A program made the translations under genes and the position numbers. Below the pieces are notes generated by a model. The model was not told the DNA's origin. It saw only the letters and a list, made by a program, of their open reading frames with translations, and ran no database searches. A stretch of 64,000 nucleotides of DNA from an uncultured delta proteobacterium (lineage in GTDB: Bacteria; Myxococcota_A; Polyangia; Fen-1088): NCBI GenBank assembly GCA_963796685.1, contig CAWCMR010000005.1, forward strand, positions 224,001 to 288,000, read 5' to 3'. Positions 37,028 through 47,743 of the stretch are shown here, piece by piece (position 1 is the stretch's first letter; every line of letters begins with the position of its first letter).

Positions 37028-38001
37028 GAAGACGACTCCAAGTGCGAGTCGATGAAAGCGTCGACGTCCAGCTCCTCTTGGAAGTCAGGGTTGGCTGTCT
37101 GGTCTACCTTCTTCCATGGCCGGCTGTCGGGGCCAAATTGGACTCTGATAGGCAGGACTTGAAGGTGAATCGTAGCCTTGCCCTCGGCATCGAGTTGGCC
37201 CTTGACGGTGCTGCCGTCGCTCAGCTCGACTGTGAAGGGCGCCTCATACACGGGCCCGTCGTCGTGGTACAGGTGCTCAAGCTCAAGCACGAAGTCGTCG
37301 GGCTTTTCTTTCTTGAGCAGCGCCTTCATCTGCGACGGCGTGATGGCCGGTCCCTCATCCTTGGGCATCGTGGCCTGGACGGGGATCCTTCGCAGTAGCA
37401 CCAGGCCATTAGGTTCGGAGAAAGGCGGCCGCCAGTCCTTGCTGATCTTTTCGCTGGCTTTGCGAAGAGGCTCCGCGGATGGCGGCGACTCTTTGGCGAT
37501 GCTGACGAGCACGACTTGCGCATCGGGTTGGGACACAACATCGTAGGAGTCACGGCCGGGTATCTTGCCCAGATCCACGTCGACGACCAGCTTGTACTGA
37601 CGGCCACGGTAGGACAGCTTGCTGTGCGTTACTTTTTCAACCTGGGCGACCAGGCGACGTAGCTCCGCAGTGGCGGTGGCATTGTTGGACTTCGCCCCAC
37701 CTCTCTCGACAGCGATCACGCGACCGTCGCGAATGGCGTCGCATATCAGCTTGAGCACCTCGTGATCGCGCATGCGGTCGAGGGAACAGTTGCCTAGCCG
37801 TGCTTCTGAAGCGAAGGCGCGTACTTCCAACCCGGGACGGCGACCCAGATTCTCCAGCATCCAGAGTGCCTTGCGGCTGTCTATCTCCTGGTACCCGCCT
37901 TCGGCACGCATACTCCGCCATGGGGTCGACGAAACGAGGGCGACCTCGTCCTCGTCGGCCATCGTCCGGAATAGGCTTAGCGTTCCGCGGCGGAGGAGCA
38001 T
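37024..38001 (-). CDS. Putative toxin carrier/adaptor with a C-terminal transthyretin-like domain of the VgrG/PAAR-tail type
   Basis: C-terminal HLYHDDGPVYEAPFTVELSDGSTVKGQLDAEGKA...VQFGPDSRPW; GTGA overlap with the toxin. Confidence 0.65.
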   Translation of the reverse strand: MLLRRGTLSLFRTMADEDEVALVSSTPWRSMRAEGGYQEIDSRKALWMLENLGRRPGLEVRAFASEARLGNCSLDRMRDHEVLKLICDAIRDGRVIAVERGGAKSNNATATAELRRLVAQVEKVTHSKLSYRGRQYKLVVDVDLGKIPGRDSYDVVSQPDAQVVLVSIAKESPPSAEPLRKASEKISKDWRPPFSEPNGLVLLRRIPVQATMPKDEGPAITPSQMKALLKKEKPDDFVLELEHLYHDDGPVYEAPFTVELSDGSTVKGQLDAEGKATIHLQVLPIRVQFGPDSRPWKKVDQTANPDFQEELDVDAFIDSHLESSS

Positions 38002-38185
38002 GGGTCACTGGGATAGCGTGGGCCCTTCAGGTACTTGGCACGGATCGATTCCATTGGGCCAAGTCTATCCCGTCTATTCCGATCTGCGAATTGGGCGACC
38101 CGGCGGAAATCGTGCTTTTGCGTGGAAGCCTGCGGCGCCAAGGGGTAAAGTGCCGGCGCTTTCAGTGCTTGAAAGAGGTATCCAG

Positions 38186-39070
38186 ATGTTTCGAATCCTG
38201 AAATCCGATTGGCTCGCTCCCAAGGTCCGCCGGCTGGAGGTCGAAGCGCCGCGTGTCGCGGCTCGGCACCGACCGGGTCACTTCGTCATCGTCCGCGCCT
38301 ACGAGGGCGGCGAGCGCATTCCGCTGACCATCGCCGACAGCGACAAGAAACGGGGAACCATTTCGCTGGTCATCCAGGTCATCGGCGCGACCACCGAGCG
38401 CTTGTGCTCGCTCGCCGAGGGCGACGCGCTGACCGACGTGGTGGGCCCGCTCGGCAAGGCCACGGAAATCGAGCACTTCGGCCATGTCGTCCTTGTAGGC
38501 GGCGGCGTGGGTACGGCGGTCATCTACCCGCAGGCCTCGGCGCTGAAAGCCAAGGGCAACCGCGTAACCGCGGTCATGGGCGGTCGTTCGAAGCCCTACG
38601 TGATTCTGGAAGAAGAGCTCAAGGCCCATTGCGATGCGGTCTACCCCTGCACCGACGACGGCAGCTATGGTTACAACGGCTTCGTCACGGGCAAGCTGGC
38701 CGAGCTGATCGCGGATCCGGCGCTGCCGGTGAACGCGGTCATTACCGCGGGCCCGGTGCCCATGATGAAGGCCATCGCCAACGTCACGCGCGAGAGGAAG
38801 ATCCTGACCATCGCGTCGCTGAACCCCATCATGGTCGACGGCACGGGCATGTGCGGCGGCTGCCGCGTCACCGTGGGCGGCAAGAACCTGTTCGCCTGCG
38901 TCGACGGCCCGGAATTCAACGCCCACGAAGTGGACTTCGCCTCGCTGACCGATCGATTGTCGGCCTACAAGGATCACGAGCGCAGCATCTGGGCCCGTCT
39001 CAAGACCGACGAAGAGCATCAGTGCAAGCTGCAAGCGGCCATGGCCGAGGCCAACGGAGATTTGCCATGA
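38186..39070 (+). CDS. nfnA: Electron-bifurcating transhydrogenase small subunit (NfnA/SudB, PyrK-like)
   Basis: ERIPLTIAD, GPLG, VGGGVG, MVDGTGMCGGCRV...CVDGPEF 2Fe-2S motif. Confidence 0.9.
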   Translation: MFRILKSDWLAPKVRRLEVEAPRVAARHRPGHFVIVRAYEGGERIPLTIADSDKKRGTISLVIQVIGATTERLCSLAEGDALTDVVGPLGKATEIEHFGHVVLVGGGVGTAVIYPQASALKAKGNRVTAVMGGRSKPYVILEEELKAHCDAVYPCTDDGSYGYNGFVTGKLAELIADPALPVNAVITAGPVPMMKAIANVTRERKILTIASLNPIMVDGTGMCGGCRVTVGGKNLFACVDGPEFNAHEVDFASLTDRLSAYKDHERSIWARLKTDEEHQCKLQAAMAEANGDLP

Positions 39071-40479
39071 AGCCATCCGAACGAATGAAGATCCAGCGCC
39101 AAGCCATGCCCGAGTCGCCCGCCGACGAGCGCTCGCACCACTTTCGCGAGGTGAATCTGGGCCTGCCGCCCGAGGTGGCCTCGCTGGAGGCCAAGCGCTG
39201 CCTGGCCTGCAAGAACCACGAGTGCGTGGCGGGCTGTCCGGTGGGCATCGACATTCCGGGCTTCATCGCCGCGGTCGACGCGGGCGATCTCGAGCGCGCG
39301 GCGAACGTGCTTTACGCCGCCAACGTTCTACCCGGCATCACCGGCCGCGTGTGCCCGCAGGAAACCCAGTGCGAAGAGCTGTGCCTGGTGGGCAAGAAGG
39401 GCAAGCCGGTCGCCATCGGCTACCTCGAGCGCTACGTGGCGGACTGGGCGCGCACCAACCTCAAGCGCACCATCCAGCTTGCGCCGGCCACGGGCAAGAA
39501 GGTCGCGGTGGTGGGCAGCGGCCCGGCCGGGCTGACCTGCGCGGGCGAGCTGGCCAAGCTTGGCCACGACGTGACGGTGTTCGAGGCATTGCACCGGCCG
39601 GGCGGCGTCCTGGTCTACGGCATTCCCGAGTTCCGCCTGCCCAAGGTCATCGTCGATCAGGAAGTGAAAACGCTGCAGGACATGGGCGTGAAGATCGAGT
39701 GCAACGTGGTCGTCGGCGCAACGATGACCCTCGACGACCTGATGAAAGAGGAAGGCTTCCACGCCGTGTTCGTGGGCAACGGCGCCGGCCTGCCCGTGTT
39801 CCAGAACATCCCCGGCGAAAACCTCAAGGGCGTGTACTCGGCCAACGAGTACCTCACGCGCGTGAACCTAATGCGCGCGTACATGGGCATGGAGGCCGAT
39901 ACGCCGGTCCTGCGCGGCAACGCCGTCGTCGTCGTGGGCGGCGGCAACACCGCCATGGACGGCGTGCGCACCGCGCGCCGCCTGGGCGCCGAGCCCGCGT
40001 GCCTGGTCTACCGCCGCTCCGAAAAGGAAATGCCCGCGCGCGTGGAGGAGGTCCACCACGCCAAGGAAGAGGGCGTGCGCTTCGAGATGCTGACCAACCC
40101 CATCGCGGTCTTGGGCGACGAGGCCGGCTGGGTGCGCGCCGTGCGCTGCCAGCGCATGGGCCTGGGCGAGCCGGATGCCTCGGGCCGCCGCCGTCCCGTG
40201 CCCATCGAGGGCAGCGAATTCGATATCCCGTGCCAGGTGTTCATCGAGGCGGTCGGCACCAAGTCGAACCCGCTGCTCACCCAGGCCACGCCGGATCTCA
40301 AGCTCAACAAATGGGGCAACATCGTCGTCGACGAGAACGGCATGACCAGCATTCCCGGCGTGTTCGCCGGCGGCGACATCGTGCGCGGCGGCGCCACCGT
40401 CATCCTGGCCATGGGCGACGGCAAGAAAGCCGCGGCCGGCATCCACGGCTACCTGAGCAAGCCCGGGGCGACGGCGTAG
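39067..40479 (+). CDS. nfnB: Electron-bifurcating transhydrogenase large subunit (NfnB/SudA, GltD-like)
   Basis: RCLACK...CVAGCPV, GRVCPQETQCE, GSGPAG, GGGNTAMD, FAGGDIVRG; ATGA overlap with nfnA. Confidence 0.9.
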   Translation: MKPSERMKIQRQAMPESPADERSHHFREVNLGLPPEVASLEAKRCLACKNHECVAGCPVGIDIPGFIAAVDAGDLERAANVLYAANVLPGITGRVCPQETQCEELCLVGKKGKPVAIGYLERYVADWARTNLKRTIQLAPATGKKVAVVGSGPAGLTCAGELAKLGHDVTVFEALHRPGGVLVYGIPEFRLPKVIVDQEVKTLQDMGVKIECNVVVGATMTLDDLMKEEGFHAVFVGNGAGLPVFQNIPGENLKGVYSANEYLTRVNLMRAYMGMEADTPVLRGNAVVVVGGGNTAMDGVRTARRLGAEPACLVYRRSEKEMPARVEEVHHAKEEGVRFEMLTNPIAVLGDEAGWVRAVRCQRMGLGEPDASGRRRPVPIEGSEFDIPCQVFIEAVGTKSNPLLTQATPDLKLNKWGNIVVDENGMTSIPGVFAGGDIVRGGATVILAMGDGKKAAAGIHGYLSKPGATA

Positions 40480-40705
40480 CCGAGTCGCAGGGAGGCATTC
40501 GGGCCTGCGCTGCCGCTGTTCCGGCGACCACGGCCTGGCGCGAGGCGCGGTGGGATCGACTGCACCCGGTGCTCGATGCACGGATGCACGTCCTTGCAGC
40601 CAGCCCCTTGCGATCCTCCGATCCTCCTCCGGCCGAGGATCCGCTTCGTGCACCGCACCGGACGCTGGAATGTCTTCGCAGGTTACCGTCGTGCATACAA
40701 ATGCG

Positions 40706-41599
40706 TCAAGGAAAGCATTGCGGTATATGGCAGCTCCGATCGCAGTAGGGGCAGTATTCTGGTAGCCCGTTGTCGGCGCCTAGATCGCACTCCTCAAAGT
40801 TGTCGACTACGCCGTCGCCGCAATAGCTAGCCGTGGTGCACAGAAAAGTGCAACCGGGCTGGCCGTAGAGATCGACATTGCCCGGGCCGTCGTCGCACGT
40901 TTCCTGACCATTGATCACGCCATCACCACAATAGGCGCCGTACCTGCACTCGCTGGAACACCCACCGTAGGTGCCGTCGCCGTTGTGTGGCATCTTGCTG
41001 GTATCGATGCCGTCATCGCATTCCTCGCCAGGTTCCACGATGCCGTTCCCACATACGGTGGCCGGACCACCACCCGCACAAGAAGCCCCCGCATCCTCCC
41101 CGCAATCCTGCGTGCACGGCCTTCCCGGCACCCGGCATCGCCAACCTAGCTCCACCTGCAGGCAGTCACCGGAGCAGCCGTCACCACTCAGCGTATTGCC
41201 GTCGTCGCAGGCTTCACCTGGTGACAGAAGTCCGTTCCCGCAGGCATAGGCCTGGACGCAGGGCTGCCCAAACCGGGGACACGCCCAACCAAATTCGACC
41301 CGACAATAACTACTGCAACCATCCCCATTCAGGACATTCCCGTCGTCGCAGGTTTCGCTACCATCTTGGAAACCATTGCCACAGAGAGCAGAGCTTAAGT
41401 CCTTGGACTCCGTCGAGGTACTGGACGTATCGCCTTTCTCAGTCTGTGCAGCATCTGGCAATGCGGCATCTGGTCCGCGTGAGGTCGGGGTCCCTTTCGT
41501 GCAAGCAAGCCCCGCATATGTCGAAAGAGCAAGACCAAGACCGAGCAGCAGGGGCCCCCGCACGAAACTGCAGCATATGATGATTTTGGTTCTACACAT
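40706..41599 (-). CDS. Myxococcal cysteine-rich repeat (lipo)protein
   Basis: Repeated CGNG....E.CDDGN...GDGCS..C; YAGLAC lipobox-like signal. Confidence 0.85.
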   Translation of the reverse strand: MCRTKIIICCSFVRGPLLLGLGLALSTYAGLACTKGTPTSRGPDAALPDAAQTEKGDTSSTSTESKDLSSALCGNGFQDGSETCDDGNVLNGDGCSSYCRVEFGWACPRFGQPCVQAYACGNGLLSPGEACDDGNTLSGDGCSGDCLQVELGWRCRVPGRPCTQDCGEDAGASCAGGGPATVCGNGIVEPGEECDDGIDTSKMPHNGDGTYGGCSSECRYGAYCGDGVINGQETCDDGPGNVDLYGQPGCTFLCTTASYCGDGVVDNFEECDLGADNGLPEYCPYCDRSCHIPQCFP

Positions 41600-41831
41600 G
41601 GCCTCAGCCTACCGCATCCTTGGGCAACCTTCGAGAGCTTTGGTACCCGGTCCCCGTGGTGGAAGTGGGCACCAGTCCCCACTGGCGACATTCGCTGTCG
41701 ATCCACTCAAAGCACCCCCACAGCAGATATCGCAAATACACACCAGGCGGCTCTGCTGCCGTTCAGGACTTCCACCATGCCACGCTGGGGTCCGGGCCAG
41801 GTCCGGGCTCTGCCCTTTCCTCTTCGTCGAT

Positions 41832-44800
41832 CTATTGGTGGTATTTGGTCAGGTTGTTCCCGTTCCACTGGTTGTTGAAATGGAACAGCTCATATACCTC
41901 ATCTTGGACGGTGGTGTAGACAACATGCTGCTGGTTGTCCCACGTGGTTTGATATCCAGCCAGGCGGCTACCGCTGCCAGCGATGGGAACATCGGGTGGG
42001 CCCTTCTTGTTCGAGTGGATATCCGTGGCCTGCTGCGTGAGACTAGGGATAGAAATGGTCCACTTGGCGAACCCAGTTCCATTCGCCAATTCCTGGACCT
42101 GATTGTTCGTGTCGATGAAGATGACATGCTGCTGGTTGTTGTAGGTCGTTTGATAGCCAGCCAATGGGCTGGACAATGACGCCAAAGTTGTCAAAGCATC
42201 CGCATCACTATTCAGATCGTGTGGGGCCCACTGGGTTCCGCCTTGCGTAAACACCAACTCATGCACGTGCTGATCATCGCCGATGAAGTTGAGATGCTGC
42301 TGCGTGTTGAGATCGAACGTAGTTACGTAGCCATTCAACGCGCTATTCTTCGTTGCGAGTGTGTCGTTAGGCAGCGGATTGAAGTGCCATGTGGTATCGA
42401 ATATGAACTCGTAGATATTGCGGTCTTCGCCGATGAAGACCACGTGCTGTTGATTGATCGGGGGCTCCGGGAACGGTTCAAAGTAGGATGTCACATATCC
42501 GACCAGGCTCTCCACCTTAACCCACTGTGCCCGAGGAACATGTGCCTCCTGATATAGGTGAACGGAATGCCAGTTCGGTCCGTGGCTCGTATCGTACCAC
42601 AGTTCGTAGGGCATGCCGTCAATCCCATCATTCGGGTCACCAGTCTGGGCTATGTAATCCACGTGTAGCTGGGAGCTGTAGGCAGTTTGGTAGCCGGCCA
42701 GCGACTTGCCGTCCTTGGCAGCGGGCGTAGTCGAATCGTTCTGCCGAGCTGAAGCGATCAAATTGACGGGAGGAGCCAACCACGAGCCGTTCGAAAACAC
42801 CAGCTTATAGATATCGTGAGGGCTGTCAATCGACTGATAGACAACGTGCTGCTGATCATTGTACGTGCTCTCGAATGCCACGATGCCACTGTCCATCGCT
42901 GCCGCAGGCGGCCCAGTCTTGTCGTCCGTCAAATTGGTGAAGTGCCAGTTGGAGTCGCCATTGTTGGTCAAGTAGAGTTCACAAATATCTCCGACCGAGT
43001 TCGTATACTTGATTTGTTCCTGTTGGCCGCTGAATTGAAAGCCTGACAGTGGAGTATTAGGAGTTGGGTATATTGGCGGCCGGAGCGGCATCTCTACCGT
43101 GCTTGCGTGGATGTGTTGCGCAAAACCTGTCCGGTCAGGGCATCCGAGCGTCGAGTCTGTGAATGCCCGGACGAAGTTGCCCTTTAGCGGGTCGAAAGTC
43201 ATGCCGTCGTAGTCCCCCCAGAAGAGTGAGGGGAGGACGGAACATGGTTGTTGAGATTGAGTAACTTGCGTAACGACGAGCCCATCCTTGGTGAAAGTGT
43301 GCGAGTTGTTTCCGACCAAGTCCGGTCGCACGAGCTGAGCTGCAAAAATGGCGATCTTCGTGGTGTCGTCAGGTGTTCGGCCCTGAAAAGTCACCTTCCA
43401 GGCTGACTTTAGGGACACCGGATCCTTTGCGTACTTAAGTGCCGGGAAGAAGACCGTTGGCGGACTTTCGACCGGTATCGACCAAAGAGGTACATCGATT
43501 GTGCAGTCGCTCAGGACGTCAGGATGCGTGGCCAAGTCTTTGACTGGACAATATCCTCCCTTCAGTCCCGCGTGATTGCCAGATTGGTCCTCGGTGTACA
43601 CGTAGACGAAGCGCATCTCCGGTTCAGGCGTGGGGTTGCCATTGGCATCCGTCTTCTCGTTAAGGCCGATATCAAAGGCGAAAATGGGTCCCCCGGAACG
43701 AAATGCGATTGGCTTTCCGGTCGAATCATTCCCAAAACCGGCGCCCGAGACAATAGTTGACTGAATGCAGCCCAAACTGACCGGAGCGTCTGAGCGATTG
43801 CGGATATTGACATTCAGAGAGAAGTTATAGCCGCTGCTGGAGCATCCCGAGTTGACGCCTATGGCCATCTTCCATAGGTCCGGACCGTTGGCGAGGAGGC
43901 GTATGTGTGAATTGTCCATAGTCAACTCGTCGTCACTTCCATCGCTGGACGGAAATGGGCCCGGATTCCCGACAACCGTGTTGTCCCCCACAGGGAGGGG
44001 TGGATTGTCTTGGTCGGCTGCATCCATTCTCCACACAGCCTCACGATTGACGTCCGGGTCCCTAAAGGCCGCGAAGGCATGAAAGCCGTCCCCGTCCCTT
44101 GTTATGGCCATCGACGTTCCGTCATAGAAGCGTCCCACGTCGCTGTTGTGCAGACATACCTGGGGCGTCTTGTTGGAGAGGACACAGGTCGGGTCTGCGA
44201 AGCAATTGACGAGGGGAAAGGTCCTTCCCCCATCAATCGAACGCGCCATGCAAGCTCCACCCAAGGTGTTCTCCCCATCCTCGGTTGTCCTGATTGCCAC
44301 CGTATGCGTCACAGGGTCCGCCTGCCTGGCGAACTTCTCGTGTGGAGCTGCGAGGCTGCCATAGAACACCACCCCAGGCAGGTTCGGGTGGCTCGCTACC
44401 ATCGGGTCTGACCAAAGGACGTCCCAGCCATTCGGGAGGATTAGACGCGACTGTGTCCACGTCGCCGGGTCTGGATTGGCTGCGCTCCTTTCCCGAAAGG
44501 ACCATGCGCTGCCGGTTGCACCCGGCGACAAGACTTTGCAGCCGCTGGAACCGCCACCGCTGCCACCTCCACCACCGCTGCCACCTCCACCACCGCTGCC
44601 ACCCCCACCACCGCTGCCACCTCCACCACCGCTGCCACTAGTTGAACACTCGGGACCGTAGGAGATCTTGATGTAATCCGACTCCGTAATATCGTTGTAC
44701 ATCACGCTTTCAACGTAGATACCATCGACCTCACTCTCGTTGCAAACTGACTCTGCCTGGAGTCCAAGCCAGGTTGGGTCCTTTGTAGAGTCCGAATCCC

Positions 44801-44948
44801 ACCCCGTCACCTTGCTGCACAAGGGACCACAGTCCAGTGCATTCGCCGGGGAGGCAACTCCAAGGATCGCGAGGGCGACAATTGTCGCGCCGACACCGTG
44901 CCAAAGGGTCTGTTGCTTCGAGAACGTCATCATCTTTGAGTGGTTCAT
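41832..44948 (-). CDS. Large secreted protein: signal peptide, GGGGGS linker, BNR/sialidase-like region and C-terminal lectin-like beta-propeller repeats
   Basis: ASPANA signal cleavage; ARSIDGGRTF Asp-box; about 6 repeats of GYQTT...QQHV.(F/Y)..D..(I/V)YEL...W resembling fucose-lectin propeller blades; low GC. Confidence 0.7.
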   Translation of the reverse strand: MNHSKMMTFSKQQTLWHGVGATIVALAILGVASPANALDCGPLCSKVTGWDSDSTKDPTWLGLQAESVCNESEVDGIYVESVMYNDITESDYIKISYGPECSTSGSGGGGGSGGGGGSGGGGGSGGGGGSGGGSSGCKVLSPGATGSAWSFRERSAANPDPATWTQSRLILPNGWDVLWSDPMVASHPNLPGVVFYGSLAAPHEKFARQADPVTHTVAIRTTEDGENTLGGACMARSIDGGRTFPLVNCFADPTCVLSNKTPQVCLHNSDVGRFYDGTSMAITRDGDGFHAFAAFRDPDVNREAVWRMDAADQDNPPLPVGDNTVVGNPGPFPSSDGSDDELTMDNSHIRLLANGPDLWKMAIGVNSGCSSSGYNFSLNVNIRNRSDAPVSLGCIQSTIVSGAGFGNDSTGKPIAFRSGGPIFAFDIGLNEKTDANGNPTPEPEMRFVYVYTEDQSGNHAGLKGGYCPVKDLATHPDVLSDCTIDVPLWSIPVESPPTVFFPALKYAKDPVSLKSAWKVTFQGRTPDDTTKIAIFAAQLVRPDLVGNNSHTFTKDGLVVTQVTQSQQPCSVLPSLFWGDYDGMTFDPLKGNFVRAFTDSTLGCPDRTGFAQHIHASTVEMPLRPPIYPTPNTPLSGFQFSGQQEQIKYTNSVGDICELYLTNNGDSNWHFTNLTDDKTGPPAAAMDSGIVAFESTYNDQQHVVYQSIDSPHDIYKLVFSNGSWLAPPVNLIASARQNDSTTPAAKDGKSLAGYQTAYSSQLHVDYIAQTGDPNDGIDGMPYELWYDTSHGPNWHSVHLYQEAHVPRAQWVKVESLVGYVTSYFEPFPEPPINQQHVVFIGEDRNIYEFIFDTTWHFNPLPNDTLATKNSALNGYVTTFDLNTQQHLNFIGDDQHVHELVFTQGGTQWAPHDLNSDADALTTLASLSSPLAGYQTTYNNQQHVIFIDTNNQVQELANGTGFAKWTISIPSLTQQATDIHSNKKGPPDVPIAGSGSRLAGYQTTWDNQQHVVYTTVQDEVYELFHFNNQWNGNNLTKYHQ

Positions 44949-44960
44949 CGCAAGCCTCCG

Positions 44961-47312
44961 TCACTGACAAATGTGTCTCTTGCAGGTCCCACCGTTTGGA
45001 CATTCCCCGCAGTCGACGTTGACGCCGAATGAGATCCCGGAGCCACACTGCCAGGATGCTCCGCCGCACTCTACCGGGGTCGCACACGTATTGCCGAAGC
45101 ACACCATCCCGGTTGGACACGCGCAATCTTCTGGGCATGTAGTGCAGTTTTCGTCACCCCCACACAGGTCGTCGCCGCACTGAGTCGCGCACCGGCCTCC
45201 AACGCACCGTTCACCCCTCCTGCACGCCGGGCTGCAGAGGTTCGACGGACATGTCGCCGACTGTGAAGAAGCGGTCGCGCAAACGCCAGATAGCATCCAA
45301 GTGAGCGGACTGCCATCGAAATGCACGCTAAATGCCCCGGACGAGGTGGTGGGCAAGAAGTACTCGAGTTGGCCACGGCCAACAGGCCCAGGGAAGAATT
45401 TATTGTCTGCTCCGACGGGAATGTTGGACGTTGACTCGTTGGGGTTCGCGTAGCCGAAGAGTGCCTCATATTGCCCGCCTCCTTTGTCCTTAACGCAGAC
45501 GAGCGTGGGGATCACGTCGGTCGGGCCACCTGTCTTAGGCGGATTCGAGCAGAGGCCTGTCGCCGGGTCGCAAGTGCCCGCGACGTGGCATGCATCCTGC
45601 GGCGTGCACACAGCCGGTGGACCGGGTATGCAGGTTCCCGTCTGGCAGGTATCATTCTGGGTGCAGCCATTGTCGTCAGAGCATTGTGCGGTGTTGTTGG
45701 TGTGCAAACACCCGCTTGCGGTATCACAGCTGTCATCAGTACACACGTTGCCGTCGTCACAGACTGAGAGCCGGTCCACTTATGCACGATCCGCCGGAGC
45801 AGGTGTCATTCGTCGTACACACGTTTCCATCGGTGCATGACGCGGTGTTGTTAGTATGCATACACCCGGCCGCGGGGTTGCAGCTATCATCTGTGCACAC
45901 GTTGTCGTCGTCGCAGCTGAGAACCGGCCCGGCTACGCACGAGCCGTCAGCGCAGGTGTCATTCGTCGAACACGCGTTTCCGTCGGTGCAAGGTGCAGTA
46001 TTGTTGGTGTGTATACACCCGGTTGCGGGGTCGCAGCTATCGTCGGTGCAACGTTGCCGTCGTCGCAGCTGAGAGCCGGCCCGCTTATGCACGCGCCGCC
46101 GGCGCAGGTGTCATTTTGGGTGCAAGCATTGCCGTCGACGCAAGTCGTCCCGGCCGGCTTCTCGGGATTGGTGCAGCCCGTGCTCGGGTTACAGGTCCCC
46201 ACGTCATGGCACTGGTCCAACGCCGTACAGACCACGGGTGCGGTCAGCGTGCACGTTCCACCCAAACACCGGTCGTTCTTCGTGCACGCGTTGTTGTCCG
46301 TACACGGCGTCGTATCTGGCAGACCGGCGCATGAACTAGCCGTCGTGCTCCCCGGACAAGCCATACACTGATACACTTGGTCGGCGATTATCTTCGGGGC
46401 CATGCCGCTCGCCGGCCGAACTGTGTTCACGCCGCAGACGTCGTCGGGGCCTCCGCAGGTCGTCGGCCCGCAGCCGTGGTTGAGATAGCAGTCGAGATAC
46501 ACATCGCACACCATGCGGTCGGTTTGTGTCTCCTGCAGACACCACTGCCCGCACGTCGTGCTTCGCCAGAGTCCCAGACAAGCCCCAGTCAACGTGTCCG
46601 TCGCCGTCGTGGTCAGGGTAATCGACTGCACCCCCGTGCCCGTATTCGTCACGACGCGCGTGTCGGATGCCGACGCCGTCTGTGTCGCTGTGCTAGTTTG
46701 ATGCCACGTCCACACCAAGCTCGCGTTCTGGACCCCCGTGCCCGTTGCCGTGACGGTCTTGGTTCCGCTCCCTTGTCGTGCCCCCGAGGTCTGCGTCACT
46801 GTGTTCGTGACCGTCACAGTCGTCGTTCCCGTGAACGTCACGAAGCCAGTCGTCACCGCGCTTGCCGTCTTGGTTTCTGTCCCGTTACGGCTGTTCGTCA
46901 CGGTATTGGTGACCGAATTGGTGAAGACACCCGTGCTTTGCACAGGTCCTGTCACGGTTGTGGTGCGCGTGTTGGTCGTCGTGTTCGAGGATGTGCCCGT
47001 CCACGAGAGATAGTAGGCCGTCACCTTCACCGTGCCGGTCACCGTGGCCGTGATGGTGTAAGAGTCCGTTGCCGAGGTTACCGCCGTGCTCGTGTTGGTT
47101 ACTGTCTCGGTGGCCACATGCGTGCCAGTCCCCGTCGATGTGGCGGTTTGTGTTCCCGTGGCGGTTACCGTCTCGATCACGGTATGCGCCTTCACTCTGG
47201 CGCTGAGATCTTCGCGCTGTCCGCCGGTCTGTCTATCCGGCGGGTCCTTTGAGCCACATCCAACACCCAAGGTCAGGGTCGCGACCAACAACAAGAGCCT
47301 ACGTGTTCTCAT
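44961..47312 (-). pseudogene. Thr-rich/Cys-rich repeat lipoprotein split by two compensating frameshifts (about 46050 and 45764)
   Basis: MRTRRLLLLVATLTLGVGC lipobox (GAGG RBS); CDDGN.CT.D.C repeats run across three ORFs; 1-nt deletion (AAC GT TGC) and 1-nt insertion (AGT C TGT) relative to sister repeats. Confidence 0.75.
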
Positions 47313-47743
47313 CGCTGCACCTCGATTCAAGTTCGGGCAAGTGGGAACTGCTTCGGCGCGCCTGCAATGACCCATCGTGGTATCACTGCCCTCCACCTGT
47401 GTCAACTAATAAGTACGGAAATACTTCAAATTCATGCCAGCTCACATCACATCACCTCAAACCAGGGCCATCTCGTCCGGCGATTCTGCTGGGCTGGCTC
47501 GCGACGGTCCGCCGCGAATGAAGCTTGGTCTCGCTCACGCGCAACATCTTGCACGCGGAAACGGCCTGATGCAGCGCACCCGTTCGACCTGATCGCGGCA
47601 TCGCCTTCTGCCAAGCTGAAGTGGCGCTCATGCTGCACTGTTGACGTGGCACCACGATCCCACCACCGATCAGGGCAGTCCCGCCGAGGTCCGCCTACAG
47701 CGGAGATCCCCTGGGCATGCCGGACAGGACCTGGTTGCTCAGG

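Noticed and set aside
39067-40479. Glutamate synthase small subunit gltD
   Set aside because: No gltB nearby; pairing with a PyrK-like gene fits NfnAB/SudAB better.
47424-47440. TGGCATGAATTTGAA as a sigma54 promoter for the Thr/Cys lipoprotein
   Set aside because: The -12 element lacks the conserved GC and the spacing is off by one.
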